A stretch of DNA of 64,000 bases from Gnetum montanum. Taxonomy: Eukaryota; Plantae; Gnetophyta. The stretch covers positions 331,484 to 395,483 of the forward strand of contig MNCI01002989.1 of the NCBI GenBank assembly GCA_015680685.1, in the 5' to 3' direction. The first letter of the stretch is position 1, and the number at the start of each line of letters is the position of its first letter. Shown here piece after piece: positions 36,801 through 51,800 of this stretch. Below the pieces are notes generated by a model that worked only from the letters and a program-made list of their open reading frames with translations, was not told the origin of the DNA and did no database searches. The translations under genes were made by a program, and so were the position numbers.

Positions 36801-39800
36801 TGTCAAAATTGTAAAATTAAGATTCATCTGATACTAAAATTAAGATTCATCTAGATGTCAAAATGTACTGTGAGATGCTACCCTTCCGATATCAATGCTC
36901 TGGTTGTAGTGTTCATATCTAGTATCTGGATACACTCATAATTTTTTTTTCAGGCACAAGTGTGATCTGTAGTGAAATTTCTTTCTACCAAAGCTGTAAT
37001 ACCCATTCATAGGGAGCAAGAGCTATCACCCGAAGCCCCCAAAAGAAAAGCTAGTTGAAAGAAGAAAATGCATAGGTGACTTTCTTTCTACAACAATCAA
37101 ACTGATATTAACATATAAAATTAAAACAAAATCAGCAGTGCCAAGTTCTAGCTCTGCAACAGGTTAATCAATATTAATTTTAAGAATTAAGAGATAATTT
37201 TAAAAAGAAATTGCCATAGTAAAATATCTAGGCAAGATTCATCAGATTTAAAAAAATTCAATTTTTTATTCAACCTAAAGGAAATATCTAATCAAGATCA
37301 TTTACACATTTGTAAACCAAAGAAATGACCACAAAAGCAGAAATGAGTTCAATTCTTTTCATGGTCACTATCAAAAATCAATATAATATGTATATTCATA
37401 GGTTGCAGGTTCAATTCCTAAATCAACAATTTTTTTTAATTTCAGAATTCAGATTTTGCTAGATCTTAGGTTCAGTTCCTCTTGATAATTACAAAACATT
37501 CAAGCATAAGATGCAAGAAAAGAGTTTTTAAAATAGATTCATGATAAGGTTAGTTTAGGATACATAATCAAATAAGACATCTTTTTCAGGTCATTAGCGA
37601 TGTGAATTTTCCCATTTTCTTACGAGCCTTAAAAGACCTTTCTACAGCCATGGAGAGGCTTCTTATACTCTACTATTTTAAACTAAAAAAACAATGCATC
37701 ATATTTAGATGAAATTAAAAAATAAAATATAAAGCTATGGTATTTGCACACAATATCCCTGATTCATGGGTCAGGTTCCTCCAACTTGATTCATAGATCA
37801 GGTTCCTCAGTAATGGGCATTCTTTCGCATTCCTTTTTCAAATCATTTACATCTCAACATACTTGTTTTAGCTCTTGAGGCACACCTTAGAGTATTGTTG
37901 TCTGTTTTTCTTTTGTTTCTCAGCATCTCTGTTGAAACAGAACAGAAAATATTTTGTTTTCCCATATATTTATTATTATTATTATTTTAAAACATTCCCA
38001 GCCTGTATTTTAAAACATATTTCTTATGCATAAAGTATTTAAACATTTAATCATAATACATATAAAAATTAGGTTAACAGATTTATTACTATTCCAATCA
38101 GTCATTTCCATCACAGTCCAAGCAAAGTGCACACAACCTGACAACAAAACATGCACACGAACACAGAAAAACTTAAAAACTCAAGGAGAAGTGGTTCGTT
38201 ACAAAAACCACATGTAGGATCTGGCCTTAAGAGTTTTTTAATATGACAATTGACAGCTCTATACATCTATGGCAGTTATGTTTTTTTTCTTTTTCATTTC
38301 TCTTTCAAAACTGATCATAATCAACTCAGGTTCAATCTTCTATGCAGCCACCCTTAAAAAAAAACATCTGACCTTTCCAACCAAGATCATTCTGGTTCAA
38401 TTCCTTTAAGAATATATCTATATCTGTTGTGCCATCTATAGCTTGCGGATTAATTCTTGGAAGACATTTTGAATCATAGTAGACCCATCATGAGTTGCAG
38501 TTGATTTCTCAAGGATTAGAGACAATAAATAGCATGACATTTAACAACTGGTTCAGATGTAATAGTTAATGGTTAGTTTTAGACAAAAAAGGCTAGTTTT
38601 AGGAAGATTATGATGGCAAATTATAAGGGAAAACAAAAAAAGAATTAATTAAAAAAACCATAACAGCTAGTTTAGGAAAAGCAAGACCATTATTAACAAA
38701 AAATTAATAACAAAAAAATAAGATAAAAGGTAAATCAAATAAAAAATTAGTAAAAACAAAAAGGTAAGAAAGAAAAAAAAAACAAATGAAAATGAAAGGT
38801 TCAAGCAAATGAAAAATAGTAGCATAATGACATGTCAAGCCTAATTGAACTTGCAACTTCTGACATATAAGACAAAAGCTTGTAAATAGAGTTATTTTGT
38901 CATCAGCAATCAACGTAGAACATACAAAGTAACATTTAAAAATTATTACTATACAAAAAAAATAAAAATAATGGTTAAATTAATTAATATTTTGAAAAAT
39001 ATTTTCAAATTACTTGATTTTTGTAAAAATATCATTGGGCCAAGTGGGTGAAATATCTTTGATCTCAATTATTTTTCTTATACAAAATTTTTCATTATAC
39101 AAAGAACACTACTATTATCATCTAACCACCCATACTTTTTGGGGTATGCTTCATTTTCTATCTTTTCTTCAAGAGGTGATTTAGATATATTATATTATAC
39201 ATCTTTCAAGTGCTTTTTCAATGTAACGAAGTTTTATCAGTTTTTCCAATATAATATTTACCACAAATGCAAGAAATTTTATGACACCATAATTATTTAA
39301 AATCTTTAAGACTGAAAAAATTCAGAGATTTTATTATACATTTCTGATATTTTTTTCTATCTAAAAAAATTCACTGTAACCCATGTTCCATCATAATTCT
39401 TTCTCATAAGATAAAACCATAGAGTGCAATGAATGAGAGTTTCATGAGTGAGAGTTAAAGAAACCAGAAGATCAAAGTATTAAGACAAGGAAATACCTTT
39501 TTGTTCAAATCACTTAGCAATACAACCGGTGTTGCATCATCTTATGAGTATTGAAAGCTCATCATGCAACGTTTCTACACCTATTGAGAGAGGATTTTAT
39601 TTTTGATTTACTTAATTTTATTTCCCCAAAAGATTGTTAAAGAGAGTCAAGTAGTCATCCGTGATTCATAGGGCAGGTTTCTCCCATCTCAAAATTATAA
39701 AATAGTAATGCATCATACTTGTTATCACCTTTCTTTATGAAGGTGTCAAGATGAATTCAACTAAAGATAAAAGTTTTATTTAGTAGCCTCAATTTAGAAC

Positions 39801-42800
39801 ATAGCCAAAACCACATCCATTCTTTAAACACAGCCACACTCACAAAGCGATAAGGGAAAATATTCAATTACATTTCTGAAAACAATCTAACACAACTGCT
39901 AAAGAAGAGTGTTGTTACGATATGTTTGCTTCTTATTGTGCACACACGTGTATGTCATCTATCTCTTTGTGTCTTCATGTACACAAGGTGATCGAGTTTC
40001 ATATTGTTTTGATCTCTTGAGATCTTTCCATTGTTTAAGGATTGGTATTTTGTTTTTGAACATATTGGTCTTTTTTGATGTAGAAGGATTCTTATAGTTT
40101 CCATGTTTAACCTTTTAGATTAATTGTATTGGTTAGATACTTATGTATATGATAGTATTAATACATTATGTTTCTTAAAATACACTATCTTTGCATAGAT
40201 ATTTCCAAAAAGAAAGAAGAAAGAAAAGAAATGTTTTAACTAGCACTACAAGGATCGCAGGAGATAATAAATACAGAACTAGGAAACTTTTTTTGTTGAT
40301 TCTTAATGCATCTAGTGGGGTTGATTGATCTCTGTGATCTATAAATTGCATTTCAGATTAAGATGTTTGAAAAATATACTCAAGATTAAAATGTCTGAAA
40401 AAAACAGTCGCATATGTATTATTTGGAGACTGTTATAGCCAATATAGGACAATGCCCTGTGAGGTTATTTTAATTACTGAAAGCCATAAAATCATAAATC
40501 ATCACCTACTAAAAATTATCGTTTAAAGCATATAACCATTGTAATAGCAAAAGACCAACCGTATTTCTGTTACATGTGAGAACAGTTTTAAGTCTGTAGA
40601 ATATAAACTTAGCAAAATCTTGCCAAAGTTTTTTAGCCACATCTATTTTTTTCAGCATATTTAATGGCAATATATATGCAGGTTGCAGTGTATCGTTGCA
40701 GGTTGAATTTGGATCTAGCTGACGGCGACTCTATCTGCAGTGCATATTTACATCTGTGTTTAACATTGTAACTTAACGTTCAACCAGTTCATGGTATCTA
40801 TGGTAGTATTTACATAATTTCCCTCAAACTTTAACCTTTGAGTGTTATATCCTTCCCTATTTCGCAAAGGAGACATTTGACATTTAACCTACCAAATATT
40901 TTTGTTGCTTGTAAAATGGCAACATATGATAGAGAAAGCGTTATACAAAATTTTGGTGTTGCAGTTAAGGTAGGGTATGAAGACTTTTAACAAATTATTA
41001 TTTGATGGAACATTCAAAAATATTTGACAAGGTGAAGAAACTGAAAAATGTAGATTTGGTGTTTCCTAGATCCCTCTTTTGTTTTTGCTATGGTATCTCC
41101 TGAACTCCTCACATTACCAGAGGTTTTTGAGTTGCTATCAGTCTTTGAATTAGTTTCTATTTTCGTTTGAGTGATTTTCACTTTGGAGTAACCTCAAGAA
41201 GTCGCTTTTTCCTTCTGTCATTTGGAGAGGGTTTTATGGAGTGGCTGTAATCGAGTGAAATTTTGCTTTAGTGACTCTTCTGTCTCCAAACTTCTTGCAA
41301 GTACTGAGGGTGAGTTGCTACACTAACACTTTAGTTATGTGGGAAGATGATCCATCAATCTGTTTCAATTCTTATGAGATGGGGGTTCACTTGTGCTTTG
41401 CTACTCTGTATGCATACATATATCTGTGGCATCTTTTGTAGCCTAGTCCATTTCGGAAACAAACGGTATGGTACATCCACCCTGGGAAGAGCAGCTGGGT
41501 GCCCACCTGCATCCGGGAACTGCACTAACTAACTACTTTATGTCGCTCTATCTCTATAGATCGTTTTGGTGGTTCTAGGTCAACGGTTTCTGAGTTTTGT
41601 AAACTGCTGTATGTAGTTATTGAGGGTTACAATGACAAATAGCTAGAGAGCAATTGATCCAGTTCTAAGCAGCTGCAGCATAGAACTGTCTAGGATCAAT
41701 TATTCTTTCCAGATCTTTACCACTATTACTTTTCAGTATAATTTCTTTTGTCATTCATCTTACCCCAGTACATGTGTAACATGTTTTTTATAGGTCCAAA
41801 AGCTTTATTGATTTGTAATCTTCTCCATGTTTTCAAATGAATTGGACATAAAAAACGATGGCAAAATATAAAACTAATGGCAATCTTCAGTATCTTTTCC
41901 ACATCAGGGAAGATCCACATTCTTGATGCTGCGGGTAACATCCTTTATAAAGATACTTTTCCTTCATGACCCAACATAAAGCACTAGATGTAAAAAGAAT
42001 TCATTCATCTTAAGAGCCTTCTTTAAATCCCATCTTCCAGAATTTGACCCAGAACAAATTGTATGTTTCTAGAATAACCTCGATGACTAAAAGGTGTAGA
42101 GAAGCTTATCATCGTGTATGGTGGGGTAGCCTGTTATGTTGCTTTGAACTTTCATCTTCCTGTTTGTGACAAAAGTTTAGCCGTCTGACCTGTTAATTTT
42201 AAGATCTATTCATCCCTTAACACCCTTGTACTTATGCTGCCTTAATCACTCTTAAAGGTGCCTTTTGAAAGAAACTTCATATTATTTATGAAATAAATTG
42301 TATTTTTCCTGTTCTTTCATAAATTGCAAGCATACACAAAACCTATTAAACTTATTGCACGTCCACCATTTTAAGTGTCTGCTATCAAACGTAATTAATC
42401 CTCTGTTGCTTGTCACATAAAACTTGGTTGATTGGCAATTTTCTTCTGTTTTATCTATATGGTCGACAAAATTTTTGGTTAATGTATTTCTGATCCCTTC
42501 ATTGCATTAGTTCAATTGTTTTCTCTGTCTATGCAGGTTCGAGTCAACACTCGTCTTTTATATCAGCAAACAAAATTTAACCTACTTCGTGAAGAGAGTG
42601 AAGGCTATGCAAAATTGGTGTGTAATTTTACCCTTTATTGTTATATTTTGGTTTGTGTGTGAAGTTTAGACAATTGCATTAGAGCAGCTGGTATTGGAGA
42701 AATTTTAAGTCATAATGTTTAATGCTCATAATTGAAATGCATTTTTTGTTGCTTGAATTATAATATATTTGTATGATACTATTTACTGCATGTTGTACGT

Positions 42801-45800
42801 GATCTTTAAAATTATTAACAGTGGAGCAGCACTGTACTTACATCTGTTACTGATTGCAGATTACGATTGAAAATTAGATGACATGCATATGCTTTGAATT
42901 TCAAATAGGTTTTGGTTTTTGTTTAAGGTGATAAAATCCGGTCATTATAGGGATATTGTTGTGGCAACTGCAATTGTTAAATTCTGTTATGTCTTTACTT
43001 TTCAGGTAACACTTTTATGTCAGCTTTGTCATGGGGAATCAACTAAAAGATCTTCAACTGCAATTATAAGTGCTGTCAAGGTGCCCTTGAATTCCTTGAA
43101 TTCCATTTTATTCTTCATGAGGTTTTGTGAATTGGAACTATCTATATAACTGATGTAATGGCTACTACTTCTTTGCAGTCACTAATTGGGCACTTTGATT
43201 TGGATCCAAATCGAGTTTTTGATATTGTAAGTTTGTATTTGACTTTTCTTTTGAAGTTTAACTGAAATTTTCTGTATGCTACTCTACTTCACTTTTACAT
43301 TTGTAGTAGTCAACATGGTAGACATTGTTAGATAATGTGATGCATTGATATATTTAATAGTGCACATACAAAGAATGAGGCATTAGCTTAGTAGTAAGAG
43401 TGTTAGCCTGGAAACCTTAGGTCACAGTTTCAATTCCAGTGGGCCGCACGTAGTTGTGGGATTTTATGATGTTTTGATACCAGCAGTTGTAAACTTTTGA
43501 GGGAGAACTTTTATTTGTTTATTTTTATTTCGTGTTTCTCAGCTGGCAATTTCATTGAATATATGTCAAATTTTTAATGCAAAAGTTTGACTGTTATCTT
43601 TGAATCAATTTAGCTGTTATTTTTGTTATTAAATATAGTGTAGGAAAAACCCAGATAGAAAGTGGTACCATGCAGAAAAATGCTGAGAATAACAATGAAA
43701 CACTGAAGGAGAAAAAAATCAGAGAATTTTGTAGTTCAGCAAAGCATTACATACAGCAAGCAAACCACATAGCCATTTACATAGAAACCCTATGTGGGAA
43801 AAACCATGGGAAAGGGTGTAGATCTCTCTATTTCTTCAAGGAGCAAAAGAATTGATAATTACAATCAGCACGTTAAGCACCTTATATAGGTTTAGGGTTC
43901 CAAGCAAACTCACTGTGAACTTCCTAACACCTCACCCTTTTTTATTTGTTCACTTTCAATTAACTATTTCAAGGGAGTTTGCATAACTTCCCTTTACAAC
44001 ACTCCTTTTATTTTTTATTATTTTTATACCAAAGGGTAAATGTTAAAACATAACGTTATAACAAATTTGGTTTCACACATCAACACTCTCACACTTGAAG
44101 ACACATTTGGTATGTCATCAAATCTCTTAGCAAGAGATGCGCCACTTTGCAAATGTTGTAAATCAAGTCTGCAGATGTATGCCCCTTCAACATAATTGAT
44201 GTTTTGTGCCAGCAACTGCCTTCGTCAGGAAATCAACAGAATTTGGTTGCATGTGAACCTTATATCCGGCTCCCTATCTTCAGTTTTCTGTTTGATGAAA
44301 TGGTACCTCACGTCAATATGTTTTGTTTGGGCATGATAAGTAACATTCTTGGCCAAGTGAATAGCACTCTGAGTATCACAGTAAATGATGTATTGTGCTT
44401 GTTTAAACCCAAACCAATGAAGCAACCACTTCAGCCAAATCATCTCCTTGCCTGCTTCTGCCAAAGCTCTGTATTGCAACATCTCTTTGCAATCGAGACA
44501 TTTGACTAACAGGACCTTTGCCCACAAGAAAAATATATCTAGAAGTGGATTTTCTGCTACTTTTACATGCTGCATAATTTGCATCCACATAGCCAACAAA
44601 ATTCAAAGTGAAGTTACCAAAATATAAGTAAAGGTTTTGTGTACCTTTCAAATATCACAATGTTCATCTTACTGCTTACTGCTTCCCAATGTTTAGGACC
44701 AGGATTACTCATGTAACAAGAAACAACTCCCATTAAATATGTGATATCCGTTCTGGTACAAACTGTTTCGTACATTAGGCTACTACCATCTTTCTCCATT
44801 CTTCTTTAGATTTAGGGAAATCCTCCACGGACAATTGAAAATGTGCTGCTAAAGGGGGGCTAACAAGAATACAATCTGTCATATGAAAATGTTCAAGCAC
44901 CTTACCAATATGCTCGGGGTGGACTACGCGACAATTTGGGATGTGCCCTATCTCCAGAAATCTGCATACCAATTTTTTGCTTTGCTAGACCCAAATCTTT
45001 TGTGGCAAAATGTTTACCCATTTCCTTTTTCAACTTTTTGATCTCATGTCCATGATTTTCTGAAATGTGCATGTGATCAACATACAGTAACAGGATAGTA
45101 ATCTTACCAAAAGTTTGCCCTTGAAGGTAAACACAGTGATCAATGCTACACTTCTCGTATTTTTGATCCCGCATAAAAATTATTGAACTTCTTGTACCAT
45201 TGTCTAGGGGCTTGCTTCAAACCATACAAGCTTCTCCTTAACCTACTAACCAAATTCTTTTCTTTCCACTCATATCCTTTAGGTAGTTTCATGTAAATCT
45301 CTTTCTCCAGGTCACCCTGCAAGAATGCAGTTATTTTCTCTAATTGTTCCAATTTTAAGTCTAAACTAGCAACTAGAGAGAAAATCTTTGTGAAGTCTAT
45401 ACCTGGTTTTTGACTGAATTCCTTTACAACCAATCTAGCTTTGTAGCATTTCTGCCCATTGGCCTCATCTTGAATTCTATACACCCATCTATTAGACAAA
45501 GGAACAATATCCCAAGTTTGATTATGTCTTAGAGCATCCAACTTTTCTTTCATTCTCATGTTCTCCCTTATAAGGTCTAATGTTCTCCCTTATCACTATA
45601 CAAGATGTAATGCAATTATGGGGAATACTTGAAAGGAGGTCTAGAGGGACGAGTGGATCTCCTAACCCAATGCACAGGAGTATACAAGTTATGATCCTCA
45701 TTTTTTGAAGTATCTGGCAATTGCCCTTCTGCTGAAACATATTCCCCTTATCACTGTTATCATTCGGAAAACATTCAACTTTAAATCATCATCATCATGA

Positions 45801-48800
45801 TCAAATGGTTTTACAAAAGGACTAAAATTCTCTCTCTGGTTGAGTTCCTTTTCTTGTTTCCTGTAAAACATCAAGTTTTTATGAAAAATAACACCACTTT
45901 CATGAATACTTTCTTATCGATAGGATCCCACAATCTGTAACCAAGATTATCACCGCCATATCCAATGAAAATGCATCTATGTGCACGTCCATCAAGTTTA
46001 GCTGTATTTTGCTGATGACCATAAGCTTCACAGCTAAAGACTCTCAAGTGAGAAAGATTGGGTGCTCTCCCACTCCAAATAGATTTTGGTCCTCCCCTTG
46101 AAGAGTTGTATGACGTGACTTGTTGATTAAAGAAGCAACAGTTGCTGCTGCTTCAGCCCAAACTTGCTTTGGCACATTAGATTGTTGCAACAAAGAACAC
46201 AACCTCTTTAAAACAATTCTAGTATACCTCTTAGCTACACCGTTATTTTGCAGAGTATATGGCGGAGTTTTGGTATGAATGGTTCCATTCTCTCTGCAAA
46301 AATTCTCAAACTTGTTGGAGATGTGCTTCCTTCCATTATCAGTCACAATACGGTTGATGCTACAACCAAATTCTTTCTCAACTTCAACTTTAAATTCTTT
46401 GAAAACATCAAAACTTTGTCTTTCAAAGACACTACAAACAACCAAATCTCCATATTGTATTCCTCTATAAATGTAAGAAAATACAAAGCTCCACCCAAAG
46501 ATCTAATAGACATTGGACGAACAACATCTGAATAAACCAAATCCAACTTAAAATTTCTTTTGTTACAAAGACTAGATCTTTTAAAGGTTACTTGTTGAGA
46601 TTTTGCTACTACATAGTCTTTATAGAAATCCAATATGGGAAGCATTTTCTTCAATGTTTGAATCTTCATTCCTATTTTGCTGAGATGACTGAGTCTCTTA
46701 TACCAAAGAAACTTGTCCTTTTCATTTGTAGCAGCAACACTTGCTCCCATTGAACCTGCATGTAGTAATTATAATGTTCATTCCTTCTTACCACATGCAA
46801 GAATTATGGAATCTTTCACAATGTTCCAGCCACCAGCTCCAAATGAAATAGACCAACCAGTAGTATCAAGTTGTCCAGCAGAGAACAAGTTCTTTGAAAG
46901 TTGCAGCACATGATGAATCTCATTCAATAATAGCTTTTTGCCATCCGAATCCTGTAGCATAACTGAACCAATTCCTTTAATGTCATAGCATTTGTCATCA
47001 CGCGGGAAGATGCCTTGTTTTGCAACTTTTGTGTAGGTGCAAAACATTGAAGCGTCGGGGTACACATGGAATGAAGGTTCTAAATCCAAAATCTAGACAT
47101 TGGAATTGGAGTACTATGAAACATTGACTGCAGCATCATTTGCAATAAGCATGACATCTACTTCTTTGTCAGAATTCTGGCCTTGACCATTCATGGTCTT
47201 GCTGCCCTTGTCCTTTGTTGCTACCTTTACTTCTTTGCTTGCATTTATCCTTCATGATGTAACAATCCTTGGTAAGATGACCCTGGTAATACCAACATTC
47301 AAGGTCTTTGTTGGTAGACCTTCCTCTGCTTCTACTTTGACCACATCCTTTGTATCTATCTCTCTTTTGAGAATGTCCCCTTCAAACTACGAAGGCTTCA
47401 CCAGTTGCAAGAGAATTCATGGTTCTAGTCTTTTCAGCATCCAACAATTTTGAGATTATGGCAACATCTTGAAAGCAGCTGTTAGGGTAGTTCAAATAGT
47501 CTCCCACAAATCAGGTAGAGAATTGAATACATCAATAACTCTCAGATCTTCTTCAAACTTGATACCCAAATCATATATTTGAGTGAAAAAGCCATTCATC
47601 TTGTCGAAATGGCTTTGCAAGGATGGCCCCTCAATCGTAATATTGAAAACCTTGTTAATAGTGTAATATTTATTTGTTCGTGTGGGCTGATCATACCTTG
47701 CAATCAGAGTTTTCTAGAGTTCATGTGTCTGGGAGGTTCCTATGGCTACGATATGCTGCTACTAAAACATGGGTGTATGGTTGTGAGAGCCTTCCCGTTG
47801 AGCTTCTCTCATTCCGCATAAGGATATTTCTTTTGCTAGTCAGCATTATCCTTAGACTTAAGAACAATATTGCAGTCCTTGGAGAAAAGAACATCCTCCA
47901 ATAGGATCTTCCAAATTTCCCAGTTCTCAGTTCCAACTAATCTGTCCATTGTCGATAGGTGTTCCATGTCTGACAGCCGAAAACATGATTTACACAATCA
48001 CAAAAAATTTTCTCGACACCTCACCCTTTTTCTTGTGTTCACTTTTAATGACTATTTCAAGGGAGTTAATTAGTTAAGGAAAAAAATTTAGCTTCACACA
48101 TCAACAATTTTGATGACCTGTATTGGTCAAGGTAAAAAACAAAAACAAAGAACAGTGCCTTTTTAAATTTTTTAAAAATGTCTGCCACTTCAAGAAAAAG
48201 ATTTATGAGATTAGAACTTTTCCAAGAACATTGTCACCTAGCCATTAACTTACCTTTTGCTTCAAAATACTACTAGAAGTTAATGATGATTCTAATGAGA
48301 CCATGTTAGATCTACTATGATCTCTGAATGCTGTATTCATTGGTGAGATCTCATTGTATGTTTCACCAAGGTGCACAGTTTCTGCGTTTTCTTGAACTCT
48401 CGGTATATTGTAGCAATAAATTAATTTCAGAATCAACTCCTTCATCCCATGTATTCGCTAGATGAAGTGTGTCAGAATCAATTAGTGGCTATTTGTAATA
48501 ATCACTGGTAATTCAAGTAATTTGAACAGTTAAAGATTAAAGGCATTTACGCATCTAGCTTATCTAAACATTTTCTGTAGACAGTTTGATTACTGACTGA
48601 ACATATTCCTTTCAATGAACAGGTGTTGGAATGTTTTGAGCTGCAGCCAGAGAATGATTGCTTTCTTCAGCTGATTCCTATGTTTCCAAAGGTTTTATTT
48701 TGAAGAATGATGATTCTTCTATGTCTTGTGCACTGATACAATAGAAAATCTTAACATATTTTTTAGGATTTTAATATATATGAATCCTTTTGAACATGAA

Positions 48801-51800
48801 CTTTTTGTATTTGAATTTGACAATACACTCTTTAACAGGCACATGCTGCCCATATTCTTGGTTTCAAGTTCCAATATTACCAGCGCACAGAAGTAAATGA
48901 AGTAGTGCCGGATAGCCTATATCGACTCACAGCAGCAATGGTTAAGGCAGAATTCATTAGCCTGGATGGCATGTAAGTAGCTATTAGCTTGTGTGTGTTA
49001 AGAGGGAACTTGGAGCATGTTGTGGTTCCAGAATTTGATATTAGCTTTCTACCACATCCAAAATTACACAACATACGCACAAATACATAATATGCCATTT
49101 ATGAAATTTTCACATGGTGCATATATGAACTCAAGTACATCTTTTGTTGGAAACTGATTATCTAGTTTAATTAATGAGAAGTTTATGTAGCAGGACTGTA
49201 ATCCTGTTCTTTCATTTCGGCATGAACACTAGCTGCAAAAATAATTTATCCATTGAATATTTAATTATTATTTTCAGATACGCGCACTTGTTACCAAAGG
49301 ATGAGCTAGCAATCGAACACTATGAGGAGTTCACGAAAAAAAGAGTAGATGATGTATGTTTCCTAAAGAACTTTTTACAGTGGAAGTTAGTGTATGAATT
49401 TCACCTTTTTGTAGTTGTTTTTTCGCTTACCCTCTCGGTGGTGTTCTATTGTTACAATGTTACATGTTTGCAGGCAAACAAAATTGGCAAAATAAATCTT
49501 GCAGCCACAGGGAAAGATCTCATGGAAGAGGAAAAACCTGGAGATGTTTCAATAGATTTATTTGCAGCTCTTGACATGGAAACAGAAGCTGTTAGTGAAC
49601 GTTTAGGAGAACTTGCAACAAATCAGAAGCTAGGCCTACTGAAAGGCTTTCTTGATGTTAATGATTGGTAATGTTGGTTTGTTGCTTGCTTTTTAAATAT
49701 TAAATATGATTCTTTGAAATTAAAAATTTCCTGTTCAAGGGATGCCAAGAGTCTGTAGTGTATCCGGTAATTGATTGCTCTAGCTTTTTCTGTTTAGGAT
49801 TGATATCGTACTTTTTAAATTTTTGGTGCCACTTTTTACACTTGCCTTGATTGTGATGAGATACCTGTAAAATATTTAGTGTTTTGAAACAGCATAATCA
49901 ACAATGTTACGTTGACGGATATTCAATAATTCCTTGGACTTTCTTTTCCTAGGAGGTCTTTCCTGCCTTCTTCCTATTTTACATGCATGAAATGAGCTGT
50001 ATAATTTCACCATAAATAAAAAATGGAAAATAGATACAAAAATTAAAAAGCAATAGTAAGCAATACAGCGGCAGCAGGATAGAGTGCATGAGCACAACAC
50101 GTGGCTTTGGTTACAGGATGGGAAGTGCCCTTACATTGTTATGGACATTAACTGCAATACCTTGTGGCATGCACTGCAAAGACATATAAGGATTGTTGCT
50201 CGGCTTCATCTGGATGGTATTGGTGACACGGCGGAGTGCCACCCAAGAGGAGGAGGAGTTTAAGGAGTTCCAACAGGCTGTGGCCTTTGTTGATGCAGAA
50301 AGGCACTGGGCTGTTCTTGTGGTGATTCACGCTCAGGAGTGTGTGACTTGTAGGTGTATCAGGCTGCCCAGGCATCTGTAGGATTGTGGGGTCCTTGTTG
50401 GTGGGTGGGGGAGTCCACCTTTGCGGTAGTTGCTTGCTGGTCATTTTGCTCTTTCGTTTCTTTTCCTTTGTCTGTTTCAGCCTGGGAAGGGGGAGTTTTT
50501 GGTTTCTGTTGGTTGTATTGGTAAGGGTTTCGACATTTTCAAAAAACATAGATGACGTGAGGCTAAAACATGGAATGCAATGATTTTCATTTCCAGTGAG
50601 AAAAAAGTTAGAGATTGAGGCATACGGTGTACGATTATTAAATGAACTAGGTTTAATTGTGTGATAGATAAACGATGTTGAGTTGTTTATTTAGCCTCTA
50701 TAGAGATGGTAATTAGATGACCAGTGCAGTTCGAAATGTAAGTGGAGTAAGATGAGGAGTCTTGGATTCACTTCAATAAAAAAAAAATTATCGGTCTGTT
50801 CATCTTGGGTGACTGCCAAAGATTCCATGCCATCTTGATGTAAATATCACCCTTTTTGTAGAAACCTTACCAACCAACAGTGTTGCTACTACAGTACAAC
50901 TATTAATGTTCCATTGTAGTTTTTTACCACGTAAGGAGGACATGCTAAGGAGCCATCCTAAGGACAAGGATTTTGTGTGGTATCATTATGTTTCCAGCAT
51001 AGTGAGCATTCAGCTACAACAACATAGATATTGACGCTGTCTAGGTTGACAAAATTAAGCATATGGATCTTTTTGTAATGCTTCCTGAGCCGAAGCTCCT
51101 GTACTTGTACAAAACTAATAGTACTATAATATGGTATTTGTTATTCACTGCTGATGTGAAAGTTGGTATGAATAAGGGTGTGCAATATCTCTTGTAACTC
51201 GGTTCTGTGACAGAAGGGATCAATTGTGCACATTATGTTGTACATTATATCTAGATTTCTCGAATATGGTTATCTTCAATTTGTATCACCCACACACATA
51301 GAGACACACACTTATGTACATCTCTTCCTTTTTCTAGGTTTTATTTTTTTGGAATATCTAAAAAAGAAGATTTTCGAAATAATGAAGTTTTTGGAAAAAT
51401 TAATAGGGCCTTGGAGGTAAAACCAAGGAACATGGACAAGGTTCCATTATGTAATCACCCAATTGTAAAAAGCGAATGGCCCAATGTATTTAAAGATGAA
51501 CTCCGGTTTCGTTTCTGGATTCAATTGTCCTATGTTTATCAGAACATTTATGGTTATGATCCTTCATTACACTCCATTAAGGATATTGGAACTCTATGTT
51601 TCAGGGACTGAATAAAATTGATAGCTGATGTGCTTTCTTCAAACGTACAATTTTTGGTGAATGTTAAGTTAATATTGAATCAGTTCATTCTTTTGATGTT
51701 CGCTAAAGTGACGGCCAATACTTGTTTTCTTAAATATCATTTACGATAGTTGAATGATAGATTTACTTCATTCAAGTATTTTGTGAATTCAATGGATTAC

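Noticed and set aside
49174-49671. 165-aa standalone ORF (similarly 62440-62895)
   Set aside because: THO2 exons joined by stop-free in-frame intron sequence; canonical splice sites are present.
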